Source: Promethearchaeia archaeon (GTDB lineage Archaea > Asgardarchaeota > Lokiarchaeia > Sigyniarchaeales > SOKP01). From it: DNA of 64,000 nucleotides. Shown one piece after another: positions 59,806-64,000 of this stretch (its first letter is position 1; every line of letters begins with the position of its first letter). The stretch is taken from the NCBI GenBank assembly GCA_029856155.1, contig JAHQWL010000093.1, positions 19,834 to 83,833 on the forward strand, read 5' to 3'. The notes beneath the pieces are model-generated. The model saw nothing but the letters and a program-made list of their open reading frames with translations, did no database searches and was not told where the DNA came from. The translations under genes and the position numbers were made by a program.

Positions 59806-60948
59806 GTGCAAAAAGTAGGTATTGTAGGATATTATCAGGTAAAATTATATTCAGATGCAAATTATGGGCGATATGAAATGATCTTTGAAGCTGTGAGAGG
59901 AGCTCTTGATAAGGCAGGGTTAAAGAAAAAAGATATAACCACAGTAATATCTTGTACAAATGATTATTATGATGGAAGAACTATTTCTAATTCTTTTGCT
60001 GTAGAACCTGGTGGAGCATACCTAGCAGATGAGTCGAAAGTAGAGATGGATGGAGCACACGCATTGTTATATGGTATGATGAGAATTTTATCTGGAAATC
60101 ATAAATTAGCAGTAATATGGGCGGGAAGTATGGCATCATGTTTTCCATATCATTCAGCTAGATTGTTTGAGACTGATCCAACATGGGAAAGACCTACTGC
60201 TTATGTTAATGATATTACAGCTTTAGGGTTTCAAATGAGAGCCTATATGAAGAAATATGGAGTTAGTGCTGAGGAGATTGCCGAAATCGCTGTCAAGAAT
60301 AGGAAAAATGCCTCAAAAAATTCTTTAGCATTAAAAGAAGCCCAAAATCCAAATTTAACTGTTAAGGATATTTTAGATTCTGAAATTTATGCTGATCCCG
60401 TAAGAGAATTAATGGTTGCGCAACCTTGTGATGGTGTTGCAGCATTACTATTAGCTCCTGAGAAACAAGCCTTAAAAATCACGGATAAACCCGTGTGGAT
60501 TACTGGAGTTGGATATAATCAAGATGCATATTATCTTGGTGATAGAAATTTAGCAGAATCCAAATCAATGGAATTAGCTAGCAAAATGGCATTTAAAACT
60601 GCCGGAATTAAAGATCCATTAAAAGAAATTGACGTTGCTGAAATATTTGAAGCTGCTGCTCATGAGGAATTAATCTTAAAAGAAGCTCTTGGATTTAGTG
60701 ATAAAGGAAAAGGAGCAAGTTTAAACTCTGAAATTACTGGAGAGCTTCCAATTAATCCTTCAGGTGGAGCAATTGGTGGTAATCCCCCTTGTGGAACGGG
60801 GCTAATTAGAGTTATTGAAGCTACGAAACAAATTACAGGTGAAGCAAAAGGGTATCAAGTAGAAGGAGTTAAAAAAGCAATTGCAACTGGGCAGATTGGT
60901 ATGTGTGCTCAAAATAATATAATTTACGTATTAGAAGGAGGGAATTAA
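59806..60948 (+). CDS. Thiolase-fold protein, Ltp4-like (no catalytic Cys)
   Basis: NDYYDGR, ESKVEMDGAHAL, DGVAA, NPSGG; GTG start after GAGGTGA. Confidence 0.8.
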   Translation: MQKVGIVGYYQVKLYSDANYGRYEMIFEAVRGALDKAGLKKKDITTVISCTNDYYDGRTISNSFAVEPGGAYLADESKVEMDGAHALLYGMMRILSGNHKLAVIWAGSMASCFPYHSARLFETDPTWERPTAYVNDITALGFQMRAYMKKYGVSAEEIAEIAVKNRKNASKNSLALKEAQNPNLTVKDILDSEIYADPVRELMVAQPCDGVAALLLAPEKQALKITDKPVWITGVGYNQDAYYLGDRNLAESKSMELASKMAFKTAGIKDPLKEIDVAEIFEAAAHEELILKEALGFSDKGKGASLNSEITGELPINPSGGAIGGNPPCGTGLIRVIEATKQITGEAKGYQVEGVKKAIATGQIGMCAQNNIIYVLEGGN

Positions 60949-60950
60949 AA

Positions 60951-62198
60951 ATGGGAAGACAAGTTTGTATTGCAAGCGCTGGATTCAGTGAGCATGCTTC
61001 AAAAAGATCTGACGTGAGCATGCCAGAATTAGTGAGTGAAGCTATTGAAGATTGTTTGAATAAAGTTCCAAGTGTTAGTATTAATGATATTGATGCTTTT
61101 GTTAATGGTAATATGCCTGCTTTTGAGGGCGCCAATATCCCAGAACTGTGGATGACCGATTGGATGGGAGCTCGTAACAAACCATTAATGAGAATTACTA
61201 CTGGTGGAACGACGGGAGGATCAGTTGCTATTGGTGGATATTATACTGTAGCCGCGGAATTGCCCAGTATTGATACAGTTCTAGCTGTAGGGTTTGAGCA
61301 ACAATCCCAAGGGGACACTAGCACAGGTTTAGCATCTGTAGCATATGGAGAAATATCAGTTCTAAACACTTTAGGTATTACCTATGACCAATTAACTCAA
61401 TTATTATCTGCTGGGGCTGCAATAGGTGTTGCTTCTTATCAAGCGACAAACTATATGCGTAGAAGTAAGATTACGGAAGAAGATCTTGCAAGAGTTGTGG
61501 TACAAAATAGACATAATGCTGCTAAAACATGGTGGGCTCACTTAAAGATGCCAGATTTAACAATAGAAGATGTGTTAGAAACGCCATATATTTCATATCC
61601 TTTAAGATATGGTATGGTATGCCCGGCTTCCGATGGAGCGTGTGCTATGTTATTTACCACTGAACAAAAAGCTAAAGATTTATGTGATATACCAGTTTAC
61701 GTTAATGGAGTTGGTAGTGTAGCTAATGAAACAGGAGTACTTGGATATAATGGTAGTGGTGCTGGTCAATTAGATACTTCTGAACAATTAGGTGCAATGA
61801 AAACAGCAGAGCTAGCATTTGGTCAAGCGGGTATTTCTTTTCCAAGAAAAGAAATCGACTATGCTGAGGTCTATTCTCCTTTTCCAAATCAAGAACTTAT
61901 GTGGATTGAAAGACTAGGTTTATTCGAGGAAAATACTGCTTCAGAAATGTATGAAACTGGTGTTACAGCTCTAAATGGAGAATTACCAATAAATTGTTCT
62001 GGTGGGGTTAATTCGACTAACGCTATTGGAGCATCAGCTATGGAAAGACCCGCGGTTGCAGCACTTCAAATAATGGGTAAAGCAAGTAATCAAGTACCAA
62101 AAACAGTACATGCAGCAATTGGACATGGATGGGGCGGCGTTATAAATTTAATTACAATGATGGTGATGTCAGATAAGCCAACAAGGAAAATTAATTAA
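60951..62198 (+). CDS. Thiolase-fold protein, Ltp3-like (no catalytic Cys)
   Basis: KRSDVSMPELV, FEGANIPELWM, KPLMRITTGGTTGGS, AEVYSPF, STNAIGAS. Confidence 0.8.
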   Translation: MGRQVCIASAGFSEHASKRSDVSMPELVSEAIEDCLNKVPSVSINDIDAFVNGNMPAFEGANIPELWMTDWMGARNKPLMRITTGGTTGGSVAIGGYYTVAAELPSIDTVLAVGFEQQSQGDTSTGLASVAYGEISVLNTLGITYDQLTQLLSAGAAIGVASYQATNYMRRSKITEEDLARVVVQNRHNAAKTWWAHLKMPDLTIEDVLETPYISYPLRYGMVCPASDGACAMLFTTEQKAKDLCDIPVYVNGVGSVANETGVLGYNGSGAGQLDTSEQLGAMKTAELAFGQAGISFPRKEIDYAEVYSPFPNQELMWIERLGLFEENTASEMYETGVTALNGELPINCSGGVNSTNAIGASAMERPAVAALQIMGKASNQVPKTVHAAIGHGWGGVINLITMMVMSDKPTRKIN

Positions 62199-62218
62199 AA
62201 TCTTGAGGTAATAAAAAA

Positions 62219-62749
62219 ATGTCAAAAAGAACACAAAGAAAATCGATGGAATATATTAAAAAAGATTATGTTAGAACTCGAACCACGCCTGGTAGCTGGT
62301 ACCTTCCCAGTTATAAATATAAATTCAATATTACTCATTTTAAACCTTTTCTAGATAAATTAAAGGAAAGAAAGTTAGTAGGTCTGCAATGTTCGAGTTG
62401 TAATCGTGTTTTCTTTCCCCCTAAAATTATCTGTGGAAAATGTATGGTAAAACCCGATCGATGGGTAGATTTACGTGAAACAGGGAGGGTTGCTACATTT
62501 ACTATAACATATCTAAAGGATCCAGAAACTGGGGACGTAATAGAAAGACCCATTGTATTAGTACAACAAGATGGATCAGATACTACTTTCACTGCTGAAT
62601 TAAGCCCTGATGTTGATTATAAAGACACTTATATAGGAATGCCAGTCAAAGTCCATTGGGCGGAAGAATGTACGGGGGGATTAATGGATATTCTTTATTA
62701 TGATTTAGTCGAAGATGATTCAAAAGATTTAGAATTACGTAAAGACTAA
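62219..62749 (+). CDS. DUF35 (Zn-ribbon/OB-fold) protein
   Basis: CSSC...PPK..CGKC plus OB fold. Confidence 0.9.
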   Translation: MSKRTQRKSMEYIKKDYVRTRTTPGSWYLPSYKYKFNITHFKPFLDKLKERKLVGLQCSSCNRVFFPPKIICGKCMVKPDRWVDLRETGRVATFTITYLKDPETGDVIERPIVLVQQDGSDTTFTAELSPDVDYKDTYIGMPVKVHWAEECTGGLMDILYYDLVEDDSKDLELRKD

Positions 62750-62807
62750 TCTTTTTTTTCTTTTTATTTTAGTTCCTTTATCAAAATGGAAAAATTGTAT
62801 TAGAGTT

Positions 62808-63872
62808 TTATTTACTTAAAAAACTACTTAATACCTTACCTATTTTTTGAATAGAATACTGGATATCTTCTTCGTTTATTCCATAATGAGTTACAAATCT
62901 TATTTTTTCCTTACTAATATTAAAAGACTTAACACCTTCTTTTCCAAGCTCAGTTACTATTTTAAATATACGTGTTTTCTTCATAAGTTCAACAATTACA
63001 ATATTGGTCTCAGGTTTATGTATTTTTATAGGTAAATCGTAGGATTCAATCCCCTCATAAAGTAATTTGGCATTTTTATGATCTTCCTCGAGTCTTTTAA
63101 TCCACTTTTCTTCAAGTGCAATTGAACCAAAGGAGGCTATTATTCCCGCTTGACGCATACCCCCACCAAGCATTTTTCGATATCTCCTTGCCGTGGTAAT
63201 AAAATCTTTTGATCCAGCAACAATAGATCCTACTGGACATGAGAGTCCTTTAGACAAGCAAAACATAACACTATCAGTATGTTTAGTGAATTCTGTAACT
63301 GGAACTTTTAAGCCTACTGCTGCGTTGAATATCCTTGCTCCATCTAAATGCAATTTTAAATCATTTTTTTCTGAAAATTTCTTCATATCTTTAATTACTT
63401 CTGGTTGAATAATCACTCCTCCATGATAATTATGAGTGTTTTCTACAGATAAGAGAGTTGTAGGTGGTTCATGTATATCCTCTTTATCACGAATTAATTG
63501 TTGTAATTGATCAAATGAGGGAACGCCTTTAATCGATGGGTAAGTTCTGATCATTAAGCCTCCAATACGAGCTGCACTTCCTACTTCATTTTTGTATATA
63601 TGACTTAATTCCTCTAAAAGAATCTCATCACCGGGATTAGTTTGTGAGAGAAGTGAAACTAAGTTTCCTTGTGTCCCAGAAGTAACAAATAATGCTACTT
63701 CTTTTCCAATAACTTTAGCTGCTTTTTCTTCCAACTCATTTACAGTTGGATCTTCTCCTTCAACATCATCTCCAATTTTGGAATCATCAAGTGATCTTAA
63801 TGCTTCCCACATTTCTTGTGAGGGTTTAGTTACAGTATCAGAACGTAAATCTACAATTTTCAATTTAATCAA
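62808..63872 (-). CDS. ltaE: Low-specificity L-threonine aldolase
   Basis: DLRSDTVT, GDDV, SGTQGN, ENTHN, HLDGARIFNA, CLSKGL (PLP Lys), GGGMRQAG. Confidence 0.93.
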   Translation of the reverse strand: MIKLKIVDLRSDTVTKPSQEMWEALRSLDDSKIGDDVEGEDPTVNELEEKAAKVIGKEVALFVTSGTQGNLVSLLSQTNPGDEILLEELSHIYKNEVGSAARIGGLMIRTYPSIKGVPSFDQLQQLIRDKEDIHEPPTTLLSVENTHNYHGGVIIQPEVIKDMKKFSEKNDLKLHLDGARIFNAAVGLKVPVTEFTKHTDSVMFCLSKGLSCPVGSIVAGSKDFITTARRYRKMLGGGMRQAGIIASFGSIALEEKWIKRLEEDHKNAKLLYEGIESYDLPIKIHKPETNIVIVELMKKTRIFKIVTELGKEGVKSFNISKEKIRFVTHYGINEEDIQYSIQKIGKVLSSFLSK

Positions 63873-64000
63873 AACTTTATTAATAATAAGTTAAATCTCT
63901 ATAATGTTTCAGACTATTAAAACAAGTAAAATGTACTTATTTAATTTCAAGTAATATTATCAAATAAATTTTGATAAATTAATTGTGGTTGAAGTCCGAC

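Noticed and set aside
2218-63408. Short 60-116 aa ORFs overlapping larger genes (e.g. 12957-13307, 7863-8144, 38732-39013, 60869-61180)
   Set aside because: Antisense or alternate-frame shadows of well-supported genes, with no motifs of their own
1-64000. tRNA, rRNA, transposases, integrases or defence systems
   Set aside because: None recognised by eye; tRNAscan-SE/Infernal would be needed to exclude small RNAs formally

Overview
Very AT-rich, gene-dense archaeal DNA whose gene content points to an Asgard archaeon, most likely Lokiarchaeia. The evidence is a RagA/Gtr1-like GTPase with a roadblock-like tail, H4MPT C1 genes, archaemetzincin, a beta-CASP RNase, TPR proteins and many lipid-catabolism paralogues. 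This assignment is inferred, not database-confirmed. The left half (1-34.6 kb) is mixed housekeeping: proteases, a GT4 glycosyltransferase, mch/mtd/ftr, RecJ/DHH and beta-CASP nucleases, a purine-salvage trio (MTAP, PfkB nucleoside kinase, APRT), two large N-glycosylation-rich surface proteins, GlyRS, TPR proteins, a radical SAM enzyme, FAD-dependent G3P dehydrogenase and an orphan CheY. The right half (34.7-62.7 kb) is a ~28 kb acyl-CoA/lipid catabolic island. It holds five thiolase-fold proteins that all lack the catalytic Cys (two Ltp4/Ltp3-like pairs plus one singleton), five DUF35 proteins, two IVD/LCAD-type acyl-CoA dehydrogenases, two CoA ligases, two crotonases, FadH, BKACE, SCP2, Fe-ADH, AOR and a CrtI/RetSat-like flavoprotein coupled to an FNR-2Fe-2S reductase. 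The island has no 3-hydroxyacyl-CoA dehydrogenase. The most interesting hypothesis is a retro-aldol route for degrading branched (isoprenoid or steroid-like) lipids. Two microproteins missed by the ORF track and a 40-bp tandem repeat were also found. No tRNA, rRNA, CRISPR array or mobile element was recognised.
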